Source: Octopus sinensis
Lineage: Eukaryota
Length of the DNA: 64,000 nt
Reading direction: 5' to 3'
Assembly (NCBI RefSeq): GCF_006345805.1
Contig: NC_043004.1
Span: 38,130,001-38,194,000 of the forward strand
Below are positions 13,968-27,690 of the stretch, piece by piece. Position numbers and translations under genes: made by a program. How positions within the stretch are numbered: position 1 is the stretch's first letter; the number at the start of each line of letters is the position of its first letter. The notes under the pieces were generated by a model. The model ran no database searches. It worked only from the letters and a program-made list of their open reading frames with translations, and was not told where the DNA came from.

Positions 13968-14045
13968 GGTACAATGTGTACCGACGTATTGAACGACAAA
14001 ATCACCTCAGGCAAAACATTTAACCTGGTGTTATAGGGCTTAGTT

Positions 14046-14719
14046 AGGCGGCGAACGGGCAGAGTCATTAGCATACCGGACAAAATGCTCAGTGGCATTT
14101 CTTCCGGTTTTACGTTCTGAGTTAATGTTCTGCTGAGGTCTACTTTCCCTTTCCTTCTTTTGAGGGTCGATAAAATAAGTACCTATTGAACACGTAATCG
14201 ACTTGCCCCCAACCTACCAATTTCAGGCCTTGTGCCTACAATAGAAAGAATTATAGGGTTTACAATTGCACATAGCTTTTGGGGTGTTATGATATTCAAC
14301 GTTTCCAACAATATATGAAGCTGTTCCACGGGAAATCAAAACCAGATAATAAACTGGAATATGCATTACAACTATAAGAAAAAAAAGTTAATGTATGCCG
14401 ACGAAAGAGCTTCTATGATCTGTCAACTCGCTGGAAATGGCAGCCAAATCTCTGTCTAGTCAGACTCTACCGTCATAAAAAAATAAGCTGGGAAGGACAT
14501 TATATTGTATTATTTCTCACAGCTGCGACGTATTTAATCATAGGCTGAACAACAGCTGTAACAATTACAATAAGTTATAAGGCTAATTCTAACTGGATCC
14601 TGCTGTATTACTGGTATTTATGTAAAAACTAACGTTTATCAGTCAGCTTCGGTGACATTTGAACTCAAAACAGTTAGGTATCAAACAAATTTCTGAAAAC
14701 ACAGGCCCATTTCAAACGA

Positions 14720-14774
<55 letters not shown>

Positions 14775-15209
14775 TTTCTATTTTCTACTAGAAGAGTAGT
14801 AGTAGAGTTTGACTTCTTTCATTTATACAGGGTCACATATATTAGGGAATATATTAGGGACCGGAACAGGAAGTTGAGTAAACTAACACCCATTACATGA
14901 CAGGTATTTATTTTAACGCTCCAATTAAAATAACAATAAAATCGACTACGGCTAGATAGAAATAATAATTATAATAATAATGGTTTCAAATTTCGGCTCA
15001 AGGGAAATAGGTTCGAGGGAGGAAGGGAGGGTCAGTCGGTTTCATTGACCCCAGTGCTCAGCTGGTACTTATTTTATCGACCCCGAAAGGTTGAAAGGCA
15101 AAGCCGCCCTCTGCGGAATTTGACCTCTGAACATAACGACGGACGAAATGCCGCTAAGAATTTTTCCCGGTGTGCTAACGGTTCTGTAAGCTCACCATCT
15201 TAATAATAA

Positions 15210-15240
<31 letters not shown>

Positions 15241-15336
15241 AATAAAAGAATAATTAATAATAATATAATATAATAATAATTATATAATAATAATAATAAT
15301 ATAATAATAATAATAATAATAATATAATAATAATAA

Positions 15337-15367
<31 letters not shown>

Positions 15368-16400
15368 AAGAAGAAGAAGAAGCCTTTCTACTATAGGCAC
15401 AAGGTCTGAAAATATGGGTAAGGGGACTAGTCGATTGCATCGACCCCAGTGTTTCACTGGTACTTAATTTATCGACCCCGAAAGGATGGAAGGCAAAGTC
15501 GACCGCGGCGAAATTAATAATAATAGTAATAATAATAATAATAATAATAGTAATAATAATAACAACAACAACAATACTCTTTTACTCTCTCTTTTGCTAT
15601 TTTACTTGTTTCAGTCATTTGACTGCGGCCATGCTGGAGCACTGCCTTTAGTCAAATAAATCGACCCCAAGACTTATTCTTTGTAAGCCTAGTACTTATT
15701 CTATCGTTCTCTTTTACTGAACTGCTAATTACGGGGACGTAAATATACCAACATCGGTTATCAAATGATGTGGGGAGGGGGAGCAAACACACACACATAT
15801 ATATATGACGGGCTTCTTTTAATTTCCGTCTACCAAATCCACTCACAAGGCTTTGTTTGGCTCGAGGATATAGCAGAAGACACTTGCCCAAGGTGCCACG
15901 CAGTGGGACTGAACCCGGAACCATGTGGTTGGTAAGCAAGCTCCTTACCACACAGCCATGCCTGCGCCTAATAATTGTAATCTTCTCTACTGGAGGCACA
16001 AGGCCTCACATTTTGGGTGAAGGGACTGGTCGATCACGTCGACCCCAGTGCGTATCTGGTACATAATTTATCGACCCTGAAAGGCTGAAAAGCAAAGTTG
16101 ACCTCGGTGAAATTTGACCTCTGAACATAAAGACGGACGAAATGCCGCTGAGCATTAGGCGCCTCAATAATAATAGTAATAATAATAATAATAATCCTTT
16201 CTACTTTAGGCACAAGGCCTGAAATTAAAGGGAGAAGAATAATCGATAACATTGACGCTAATATTTCACTGGTACTCAATTTATCGATCCCGAAAGGCTG
16301 AAAGGCAAAGTCGACCACAGCTGAATTTGAACTCACAACGTAAAGAAGAACATCAAATATCGCTAAACATTTTGTTCGACTCTCTAACGATTCTGCTGAT
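14046..16400. mobile_element. Cluster of older family 1 SINE copies (14046-14250 +; 14975-15200, 15383-15515, 15980-16165, 16195-16400 -) embedded in (AAT)n
   Basis: Diverged matches to the core tcatcctttcggggtcgataa and the older tail aaatttcaggccttgtgcct..agtagaaag. Confidence 0.8.
15590..15967 (-). mobile_element. CORE-type SINE family 3 (probably octopus OR2-type)
   Basis: Reverse complement of tggctgtgtggtaag...ggttcagtcccactgcgtggcACCTTGGGCAAGT (CORE-like) plus tail ...ccagcatggccgcagtcaaatgactgaaacaagtaaaa. Confidence 0.88.
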
Positions 16401-16987
16401 CTGTCTAGTATTTGATTTAGGCTAAGAATTGAAGGGAAAGTATAATTCCATAACATCGAATCAGTATTTAACTGGTTCTTTATTTCAACGACCTCGGGGC
16501 GACGAAAAGCAGAGACAATATTATCTTTCATACATACAAAAAGACGGAATGGCCACGGCTGGAATACCTTTGATTATAGACCTGCTTAACTGGAGGTGAG
16601 ATGGGAGAAACGTGAGCAAGTGTATGAACAGCAATGATCGGGATTAGACAACAACAGAGTCACGATGAGGTTGCTTGCGCTGGTAGAAATAGCAGCTAAA
16701 TTCACTTCCGATCACACTGTCAACTTTGAAAAAAGACACATATATGCATAAATTATACGCATCGTTTATCTTCTATCGCTTAGTTGTATCACTCATTAGA
16801 CTGCGGCCATGCTTGAAGAAATTCTTTACTCGAATGAATCGTCCCAAGTACTTCCTTTTCTTAAAACCTGGTACTTATCCCTATCGGTTTTTTTGCCGAA
16901 GCGCTAAGTTACAGAGACGTAAACACACCGACAGCACTTGTTAAGCGGTGGTTGGAGACAAACTTAGACACAGGCGCGCGCGCGCAC

Positions 16988-17047
<60 letters not shown>

Positions 17048-17295
17048 ATGTGTGTGTGTGAATATATATAGATATATGTATATATATACATGCATATATA
17101 AACATATATATGAAATATACACACACAAAATATATGCATATACGTATGTATGTATGTATGTATGTATGTATGTATGTATGTATGTATGTATGTATGTATG
17201 TATGTACACTTTGATAATAGCACTGCGGCAACTTAACCACTTCACCAACAGACAACAACAACAGCAACAACAACAACATAACCGCAACAGTAGTA

Positions 17296-17348
<53 letters not shown>

Positions 17349-17672
17349 TTTGCGTTTCGTTGATAAAATCAGAAAAATAAAATAAAAAACAAACTGACAA
17401 ATCGACAGAAATTAAAGAACTATATATATACATACATACATACATATATATATGTATATATATTATATAATATATATATTATAATATATATATATATTAT
17501 ATATAATATATATATATTATATATATATATTATATATATATATATTACAGTAATATAGTATTACAGTAAGACATATTAGTAATAGAATAACTATATAACA
17601 TTCAGGAAAAATATACAAGTAAAGAAAGAAACCGAACACCCAGAAGATTTAATCTAAACTAATTTTACATAC

Positions 17673-17721
17673 CTTTCGATAACCGCTCTGCAAACATGTA
17701 TCCAACATGAGCTTGTCTCAT
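17673..17721 (-). CDS. Candidate first coding exon (MRQAHVGYMFAERLSK, phase-1 intron) of an unidentified host gene
   Basis: gcaaATG start, 16 open codons, donor AAG|GTATGT; lies in an island of unique sequence between microsatellites; no homology recognised. Confidence 0.25.
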
Positions 17722-18253
17722 TTGCGATGGCTTTCAGTGAAGGGTGGTTTGTTTTTGTTTTTCCTGTTTTATTAATTAATTTTTTTTTTCTCCTACACTT
17801 TTTCTCTGTTTTTTTAAGCACAACAACTTCTTTCCCTTGTTCAGTCAATGTTAAACTGTTTATAATAAGGACAGCTTGTGGACGTTGAAACGTTGTTGTA
17901 CCTTTTGCTTAGGCTCCAGTGGAGAGTGGGTGGCAACTTCCGACTTTCACCCGCCCGTATTTGCTTCACTTCTATTCTGGCTTTTGTGTTTGATTTTTTT
18001 TTCTCGTTGTTGTTGTCTGTCGTCGCTGCCGTCGCTGTCGTAATTTCTGTTACTCCTCCTTCCTTCTAATTCTTCTCCGCTCCTTCTCCTTGCTCTTCTT
18101 TTACCTCTTACTTCCCTCTCCACTTGTTCGTCTTTACTTCTTTTTTTTCCCCTCCTTTCCTTCTTCTGCTCTCCTTTGCATTGCTCTGTTTCTTCTACGT
18201 TTACGTTCTCTTAAAAATTGCTCATCGGCCTGTTGCTTTCTCTTTTACCACCG

Positions 18254-18284
<31 letters not shown>

Positions 18285-18595
18285 GCACACACACACGCAC
18301 ACACACACACACGCACACGCACACACACACACACACACACACACCACACGTACATGCACATATGCGCGATATATATATACATATTCGTTTATTCTTTTAT
18401 TCTTTTACTTGTTTCGGCCATGCTGCAGCACTGCCTTTAGTCGAACAAATCGACCCCGAGACTTATTATTTGTTATCCTAGTACTATTCTATCGGTTTTT
18501 TGCTGAACCGCAATGTTACGGGGACGTGAACTCATCAAGCGATGGTCGGGGTATAAACACAGACACACACACACACACCACACATATATATATAA

Positions 18596-18638
<43 letters not shown>

Positions 18639-18684
18639 ACACACGCACATATATGCATTAAACATATATACATCTATCTCCCTT

Positions 18685-18716
<32 letters not shown>

Positions 18717-18887
18717 ATATATATAAGATATATATTTAATATATATATACATATATATAATATATATTTATACTATACATATATATACATCATATATATA
18801 CCTATCTATATACATACATATACATAATATATATATATATATCTACACACGCACATATGATGCATACTATATACATCTATCTCCCTT

Positions 18888-18936
<49 letters not shown>

Positions 18937-19071
18937 TATATATATATATATATATATAATATATATATATACATATATATATAGACTATATATATACATA
19001 TATATATACATACATAACATATATAATATATATTATATTTATATATATATATATATATTATACGGTGGCTG

Positions 19072-19592
19072 CCCCCTCGTTATCGAGTATGGCCATTGCA
19101 CGAAGCTTAATCAATGTTATCGTGCAATGCCTGTGCAAGAAGAGATTTGTTTTAAAGTGAGGAATGGCTGTGCACAGAGTCAATCCCACTCACTAAGCAA
19201 CAGCAGCCATAATCCGAAAAGAAGAAAACAAGTCAACATCATCGGTAACCACTGAGCCGCAGGTTTTATGTCGGAGTTATCCATTACCTGGTTACCTTCT
19301 CCTAGAAGGATGCCCTAACAAAGGCTAGGAGTCCTTCCTCCCAATGGCTTAACCGCGCGATCGGGTATTCAGTCCGATTATTTCTATGTCCCAGCGCATG
19401 ATACAGCCTTAAAACATTTATCGGATGGCCGTTGACTCTCAAGAGTTCCTCCGCCCTTTGACAGGTTTTGTTTTTCATCCCGAAGGGTATCCAAGCTTGG
19501 TGGGATTGCCAGTTTAGTCGCCGACGACCCGACCATGCAACAGGTTGTACTGGGTTACATGTTACCAGTAGCACTCGAAAGTGCCCTGACAT
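19072..19592 (-). mobile_element. ~520-bp non-coding element resembling an RTE 5'UTR fused to an RTE 3' end
   Basis: GC-balanced insert within (TA)n; 3' end ccatactcgataacgagggggcagcc resembles RTE tails; HDV-like fold at the 5' end. Confidence 0.5.
19509..19592 (-). ncRNA. Degenerate HDV-like ribozyme
   Basis: P2 ccagt/actgg, P1' catggtc, GG, P4 gtcg-tcgg-cgac, J4/2 (c)taa; only ATG of the expected P1 strand GACCATG remains, and P3/L3 is short. Confidence 0.35.
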
Positions 19593-19608
19593 AATATGTA
19601 TATGTATA

Positions 19609-19686
<78 letters not shown>

Positions 19687-19982
19687 GCACACACAAACAC
19701 ACATACACACACATTTATATTTATATATACATCTACACACATGTACATATACATACATACAGACATTCACTCAAATACACATACATTCATACATGCATAC
19801 ATACATACATACATGCATACATACATACATTCATACATTCATACATACATACATACATAGATACATACACACACACATACACACATACATACATACATAC
19901 ATACATACACACATACATACATACATACATACATACATACATACAAACAAACACACATACATACGTATATCTTATATGCGTA

Positions 19983-20442
19983 AATGGGGTCTTGAAAAGT
20001 CCCTGGGTTTGTGTAAAAGAAGATACAGGAAGATCTGTTGATTATGATTTCATTCAACACACTCCACTTTCAGATTCACACACTCATTTCAGCAGTCCTT
20101 CAGTTTTTCGAAACCCTGTAAAAAAATTCGGAAGTTCGGGCCTCCAACTAGTCCTTTCTTGATACCTATTTCTTTATTACCCACAAGGGGCTAAACATAG
20201 AGGGGACAAACAAGGACAGACATAGGTATTAAGTCGATTACATCGACCCCAGTGCGTAACTGCTACTTAATTTATTGACTCCGAAAGGATGAAAGGCAAA
20301 GTCGACCTCCGCGGAATTTGAACTCACAACGTAACGGCAGACGAAATACTGCTAAGCATTTCACCCGGCGTGCTAACGTTTCTGCCAGCTCGCCGTCTTT
20401 TTTGATACCCTTGAAATTAGGAAATTTTTCAGCTCCTTATCG
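19983..20442 (-). mobile_element. Mariner-type MITE, interrupted by a family 1 SINE (20167-20397, -)
   Basis: Homologous to 22700-22906; the SINE is flanked by the duplication ttgatacc. Confidence 0.75.
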
Positions 20443-21020
20443 CACACACATATACATACATATATAATACATACATACAAACATACATATATGTATGTCT
20501 GTGTGTGTATGTGTATGTGTGTGTGTGTGGTTGTGTACACACATATTCAAATATATGTACAGGTATAACATCAACTTTCCGGAGACTAGTGATCCGGAGA
20601 CTATTATAATCTGCTTTAATTTAAGTTAGACTAATGTACAAAGTACCTGTTTTTCTTTTACTTGTTTAAGTAAATTTAATGCTATTTTTTTTTTACTTTT
20701 CTGTGTGTTGACCAAGCTGACCGTCCTTGGTTCGGAAAAAATCAGTTATCCGGAAACACTTAGAAGCTAAAGTTCAGGAAAATGAATGTTATACAATTCA
20801 TCTCTCATCTCTCTCTCTCTCTTTCTCTCTTACTCTCTCTCATTCTGTCTATCTGTCTCTGTCTCTCTCTTTCTTCCTCTCGCCACCCCTCTTTTTCTCT
20901 CACTCTCTCGGTGTATATAAATATGTATTTATGTTTGTTTCTATGTATATATATGTATGATGTATGTATGTATGTATGTATGTATACATGCTTGTATATT
21001 TTTATGAATGTATATACGTA

Positions 21021-21120
<100 letters not shown>

Positions 21121-21324
21121 GTTTGTTTTCCATGTAGACAATGAATTCGAGGTTCACTCAGTATTTTATAACTGAGTACTATATTCATTAAATTTTTACA
21201 ACTAGGTTTGACTTCGAAGTTTCACCTTTATTAGACTGGTAACTGCTAGAATACACGAAAAAAATTTGATGTCACGGGTGACCTTTCCATTGTAAAGAGT
21301 AACATGTGTATATGCATATATATA

Positions 21325-21355
<31 letters not shown>

Positions 21356-21903
21356 CTATATTCTATATGCATATATGTATTTATACATATATACATACAT
21401 ATATATATGTATAATATAAAACATATATGTATATGTTGTATATATACACACACAATTATATATTACATATATATATATATATATAGATAATATATACATA
21501 TATAATATATATATATATATATATATGATAGATATATATATATAATATTATATATATATACATATATACAATATATACATATATATATACGTATATATAC
21601 GTAAATATGTGTGTATGTGTGTAGTTCATGTATGCGTACGTTTATGTAGAATCCTTGCCCGTTCATACACTTTTATTGATCCCTCTTGCTATTTCAACCC
21701 CTATCCTTCTTTCCCTTCATACCCTCCTTCTACCCATACCCACTCTTTTCTGCTCCCACTCTTTCTTTCCGTCTGTGTTTATAGGTTTTTATTATTTACG
21801 ATTATTTTAAATTTATTCATTATAACATGAAAAATACGTGTACGCGATTGACCATTTTTCTGTGCCTGTATATACATACGTACATACATACATACATATA
21901 TAT

Positions 21904-22018
<115 letters not shown>

Positions 22019-22120
22019 ATGTATGTATGTATGTATGTATGTATGTATATTATGTATGTATGCATATATGTATGTATGTATGTATATATGTAAGTATCTA
22101 TATGTACATATATATAAGTA

Positions 22121-22163
<43 letters not shown>

Positions 22164-22308
22164 TATCTATCAATCTATCTATCTATCTATCAATCTATCC
22201 ATCTATTTATCTATCTCTTTTTCTCTCTCTCTCACTTTCTCTCTGTATATATAAGCGTGTGCATGTGCGTGTATTACCAACATCTGATTATTATTATAAC
22301 CAGCATTA

Positions 22309-22475
22309 AAGGTGGCGATCTGGCAGAATCGTTAGAACGCTGGGCGAAATGTTTTCCGGTATTTCGTCTACTGCTACGTTCTGAGATCAAATTCCGCCGT
22401 ATTCGACTTTGCCTTTCATCTTTTCGGGGTCGATAAATTAAGTACCAGTTACGCACCGGGCTCGATATAATCTGT
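22309..22475 (+). mobile_element. SINE family 1, 3'-truncated
   Basis: Head and core present, tail absent. Confidence 0.85.
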
Positions 22476-22699
22476 CAGCGTTTATGATGAAACTGATAAT
22501 TACATTTTCTAAAACAATATACTTTTTTTTGACAAAAATTTGAGGGTTTGTCTTATGCGGTATGCGTATGTATTTATATACATATGTATGTTGCCTATGT
22601 GAATAAAACCGTTTAAGTACATACAAACAAGATCAAGCACGCACTTCGCACAATACACACACTTCCCACAATACACACACATGTATTTGTATGTATGTA

Positions 22700-22906
22700 C
22701 AATGGGAATGATGAAAAGTTCCTGGATTTAAGGGTATCGCGAAAAGCCTAGCTGGAGTCCCAAACTTCCGAGTTCTTTTACAGAGTTTAGAAAAGCTGCA
22801 ATAAGTGTGTGAATCTGAGGGGAGAATATGTTGAGTAAAATCATAATAAACTGATCTTCCTGTGTTTTCTTTTACCCAAAGCCGTGAACTTTTCAGCATA
22901 CCCTCG
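22700..22906 (+). mobile_element. ~205-bp mariner-type MITE
   Basis: Imperfect TIRs ...tgatgaaaagttc / gaacttttcagcataccctcg; the CGAGGG terminus matches the mariner at 45555; sits in TATG repeats. Confidence 0.75.
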
Positions 22907-23010
22907 TGTGTGTGTGTGTATGTATGTATGTATGTATGTATGTATGTATGTATGTATGTATGAATGTATGTAAGTATGTATGTATGTATGTAAGTAAGTA
23001 TGTATGTATG

Positions 23011-23041
<31 letters not shown>

Positions 23042-23101
23042 TATGTATGTATGCATGTATGTATGTAAGTATGTATGTAAGTATGTATGTATGTAAGTAT
23101 G

Positions 23102-23132
<31 letters not shown>

Positions 23133-23235
23133 GTAAGTATGTATATATGTATGTATGTATGTATTATGTATGTATGCATGTATGTATGTATGTAAGTATG
23201 TATGTATGTATGTATTATGTATGTATGTAAGTATG

Positions 23236-23266
<31 letters not shown>

Positions 23267-23279
23267 GTAAGTATGTATG

Positions 23280-23313
<34 letters not shown>

Positions 23314-23641
23314 TGTATGTATGTATGTATGTATGTATGTGTGTGTGTATGTATGTATGTATGTAAGTATGTATGTATGTATGCATGAATGTATGTATGT
23401 GTGTGTATGTATGTATGTATGTATGTATGTATGTATGTATGTATGTACGTACGTACGTAAGTAAGTATGTATGTATGTATGTATGTACGTATGTATGTAT
23501 GTATGTATGTATGTATGTATGTACGTATGTATGTATGTATGTATGTATGTATGTATGTATGTATGTATGTATGTACGTATGTATGTATGTATGTATGTAT
23601 GTATGTATGTATGTATGTATGTATGTATGTATGTATGTATG
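22907..23641. repeat. ~730-bp (TATG)n array with TAAG/TACG variants
   Basis: Seen directly; the source of the MYVC/HTYI pseudo-ORFs. Confidence 0.97.
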
Positions 23642-23744
23642 TGAGCAGGTGCTGAAAAGTTCATGACATTAAGGGTATCGCGAAAAACCTGGTTGGAATC
23701 CCAAACTTCCGAGTTCTATTACAAGACCTAGAAAAACTGAAGGA
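23642..23744 (+). mobile_element. Left part of a split mariner-type MITE (right part at 27692-27748)
   Basis: gtgctgaaaagttc...aagggtatcgcgaaaa...gaaaaactgaagga matches the first half of 22700-22906; tgatccccctgtattttcttttacccaaag...ttcagcactcttcg matches its last part. Confidence 0.8.
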
Positions 23745-26700
23745 ACAAAGACGGAACAAAAACCCTGGTAAAGTTTGATACCAGGGATAAATATATTACG
23801 GACATTTTAAAATAGCACCACACCGTGGAGCTGTTGCAGCAGCCCGAATGCACGGAAGAGAGATGTACGTGGATATCAGAAAAATTGTATAATGAAATGA
23901 AGGGTAGGCATCCGAGGACCATCACGAACATTCCGGACCTTCCGCGGTATTTGAAGGAGTTTTTGAAGGAGCAGGAGGAAAGGACTGCCTCACGTGTGGT
24001 GAGGTCAGCCCCAGCATCACCAATATAAGAAAAAGTGAAAGAGTAAGTGGAACCCTTGCTTTTCTTTTGTTTTAAATGACTGCACTTAACCTTGGTGCTT
24101 GAATGTGCGTGGTCTGAGCTCGAAGTGAAAGCAAGCTTGTTTCCTTGACGACCTCAGATCATACGATATGCATGTGATGGTTGCTACAGAGATCAAGCTG
24201 AACAGGCTACAAGCCTTTCGCCCCTCCTGAATGACTTTGAGAAAATCACGTCTCCTAGCCGGACCAGAGAGCGAGGGGGTGTAGTAGTACTGATTCGAAA
24301 AGGCTTGGCTCTGCAAACAAGTGCAGTCTATGTAGATCCAAAGGTGGGCTGGTCGTCCTTGATGTGACATACAGCAGTAAGGCCTTCAGGTTGATCGGGA
24401 TCTATGCACCTTGTGCTAGAGGATTTCAAACGGATTTTTATCGGCGCCTAGAGAACTTTCTCGTGACGTCGAAGACATTAGAGGTGTTAGGTGACTATAA
24501 CGCTATTGGTGATGCACGCATCGATAGCGTTGGCTCGATCTATAGGAAAGTAAACACACGTCTCGTTGATCTGCTCAAGCGGTTTCAGCTGGCAGATCGT
24601 TAGAGACTTGACCATCCGAACGTCCCAGAGTGGACCTGGATGAGTGGCGACGGAAGGTTCAAGTCCTATTTAGATAGGATAGTGATAAGAACTGGCGATA
24701 AGTCTAGTTTTAGCTGTCCATAGCTTGTTCAAGTAGCATACACTGACCATAAAATGGTTAAGTGTAGACTGGACTTAGATAGTACAGCTAAGAGTGGATC
24801 CGGCTACTAGAAGCTGAACAAGTCTATTTTGACTTGCGAGGCATACCGTAGCCGGATTGAGGAATTAGTACAGAGGGCGTTAACTGGCGCGGTGGTTAAT
24901 AACCGATGGTGGTTCCCCCTAAAGAGAGCCATTCGTTTTGAGGTACTGGGCGAATGCCCCGAGGAGAAGTCGCCGGGTCTCGATGGTCTGCCTTATGAAT
25001 TCTACAAAACTATGCCAGATTTGTTCGGGCACCTGCTGGCCAGCGTCTACGCCAATTGGCAGCAGAATGGGAGAATTTCCAAGTCTGCGAGCCGAGGGTG
25101 GTGACATTGCAAGGACCCGTGCAAGGGGGGCGAGATAGGGAACTTCAGGCCCATAACTCTGTTAAACACAGAGTTAAAGATTTTGGCCATGGTGCTAGCG
25201 AAAAGATTGGCGTGGGTCGTGGTCAAACTTGCCGGGGAAGCGCAAACGTGCGCTATCCCGGGCAGGACGATTCACGACGATCTCCACCTTATACGCTACT
25301 CCTTAGAGAGGGTGGGGAAGCTTTCTGGCGCAGCGGAGGGGGGGGGCACTGGTACATTTAGACCAGTCTAAGGCATTCGATAGGGTCGACCATCGGTACT
25401 TGGCGGCGGTCCTCGAGAAATCTGGCCTGGGCCCGACCTTCCGCGGTTGGATTGCTGTGTTGTACAGCGACATCGAATCCGTCGTAAAAGTGAAGGGTTT
25501 CCTTTCGAAGCCATTCAGGATCGAGCGCTCAGTGCGTCAGGGGTGTCCCCTGTCCCCGCTTTTGTATGTACTGGCTCTCGAGCCATTATTGCGGATGTTG
25601 GAGGCACTAGGGAGCGCACCGCATGATCTATGGTGTGAAAGAGGAGCTACGGCGTATGCTGATGACATCTCCATCATCGTGGCAGATGAGGGCCAGCTTC
25701 CAGTGGTGGAAGAGGCTATCAAAAGTTATGAGGCGGTGGCAAGAGCAAAGGTTAATTGTTTTGCAGCTCGGCACCTGGAGGGGCAAGCCGATGCTGTCCA
25801 ATAACGTCGTGGGGCGTTGGACGGAAGGTCCTGTTAAGCTGCTCGGAGTTTGGTTCGCGCCAGACCTCCAGATAGAGAAAAATTGGAGTGAGGTGGCTAG
25901 CAATGTGACTGCTCTAGCCCATACCTGGTCTGGGTGGGCGTTATCCTTGCTAGGAAAGGCGGAGGTGGTGCAGATGTTTATAGCATCGGTTATCACTTAC
26001 CCTCTGACCGTGGTGCCTTGCCCCGATTTGTGGCTGAACAAGTTGGAGAGAATCCTTTTCCACTTCTTATGGAAGGGAGGAAAGCCACTTGTGAAGTGCC
26101 CTGTCTGCTGCCAGAAACCACTAAAGGGTGGGCTGGGGATGCCTTGGCTGAGGATGCAAAAATTCGCGTTAAGGTTGGGGCACCTTTGCTTTACCTGGAT
26201 GGAGAGCAGGTGTGGTCACCACACTTTCAGTTCTACCTTCTGCAATTAACATCCTTAACGGACATTGGTAATTGGATCAAGCAGAGACCTAGGCTGGGGG
26301 ACTGGCAATTGGAGTGCCGCCAGGCACTTCAGCTACTCTCTCGAGCGGGCAATGCCGGCAACAAGAGTTCCACCGCGGATTTCTATAGCGGGTTAGTGGA
26401 GGTTAAGTCCAAAGACGCCTTGGGGGAGACCCTGGGCTTCGATGAAAATCAGTTAATCAGCCTGTTCCGGAGAACTTTCGGGCCAGGGTATCTGGACAAT
26501 TACCAGAAATCTCTGGCTTGGCAGTGCTTCGTGCGGCGTTACCTATTCGTGATAAACTGTCAAGGCACGGACGTGCCGTCTCGCCGACATGTCCGAGGTG
26601 CGGGCAGGACAGAAACTGTCTTGCACGCCTTTGTGGAGTGTCCGGAATTAACGGGACAGATAGTTTTCGCAGAGCAACTGTTGTCATCGATGGGAAGAGA

Positions 26701-27244
26701 ACAGCTATCAGCTGAATCTATCATCGAGATTGTGCCGCCTCCTGCCCTTAACAGGGAAAGGAAGGCTTGCTTTTTCTGCGTAGTAGCCATACTGAAAGAA
26801 ACAGTATGGAAGACGCGTGTAAGAGGTATAGTGTCGGGTACCTTTGTATCCGGCCAGGGATTGGTTAACTTTTTTAGTTACCACCTCAGTAATAAGATCA
26901 GGTTGGAGAAAAGGTACCTGTCACGAGACAGATTCATGAGAAGATGGAAGCCTGTGGTAAGGAAGCTGGGAGTGTTTGGCACCAGATAAGTGGAAGCCAA
27001 AAACAGGAAAGAAAAAGCAAGGGGGTCTATCCTGGTGGTCGGATGCCTATCCTTCAGAGAAGCCATTACAAATTTCATTTGTAATGAGCAACGCTTAAGT
27101 CAAAAGTTATAAACATATTTATTAAATTATTGTAAATTTTAAATTGTAAATATTTAATCGCTACAGTTACTTCACCCTTTTATGTTTGTCTGTTCTTGAT
27201 CGTCCCCTCTTTGTAATGCCTTCATGGCTAATATTTATGAAATA
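23745..27244 (+). mobile_element. Decayed Tx1/L1-clade LINE (probable ORF1 tail, endonuclease-RT ORF2, 3'UTR)
   Basis: APE motifs LNVRGL, IYAP, LGDYNA, SYLDR, TDH; RT motifs KSPGLDGLPYEFY, NFRPITLLNTELKI, KAFDRVDH, VRQGCPLSPLLY, AYADD; GGLGMP; C-terminal CPRC...ETVLHAFVEC. Confidence 0.92.
24076..26989 (+). pseudogene. LINE ORF2 pseudogene with stops, frameshifts and an internal deletion near 24935
   Basis: Motifs fall in several frames; LKRAIRFE runs straight into VLGECPEEKSPG, so the usual endonuclease-RT linker is missing. Confidence 0.88.
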
Positions 27245-27393
27245 AAGTAGCTTGCTTACGAACCACATGGTTCCGGGTTCTGTCCCACTGCGTCGCACCT
27301 TGGGCAAGTGTCTTCTACTATAGCCTTGGGCCAACCAAAGCTTTGTGAGTGGATTTGGTAGACGGAAACTGAAAGAAGCCTGTCGTATATATG

Positions 27394-27440
<47 letters not shown>

Positions 27441-27690
27441 GTGTGTATATGTTTGTGTGTCTGCGTTTGCCCCCCCCCCCCTCCACCACCACCGCCACCA
27501 CCAACATCGCTTGACAACCGATGCTGGTGTGTTTAGGTCCTCGTAACTTAGCGGTTCGGCAAAAGAGACCGATAGAATAAGTACTAGGCTTACAAAGAAT
27601 AAGTCCTGGGGTCGATTTGCTCGACTAAAGGTGGTGCTCCAGCATGGCCACAGTCACATGACTGACACAAGTAAAAGAGTAAAAAGAGAG
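27245..27690 (+). mobile_element. SINE family 3 lacking its first ~20 nt
   Basis: Starts at aagtagcttgc directly after the LINE 3' end; otherwise matches 61162-61572. Confidence 0.9.

Noticed and set aside
20560-20797. Tigger-like MITE (gtataacat ... atgttatac)
   Set aside because: The TIRs are too degraded and there is no second copy in the window.
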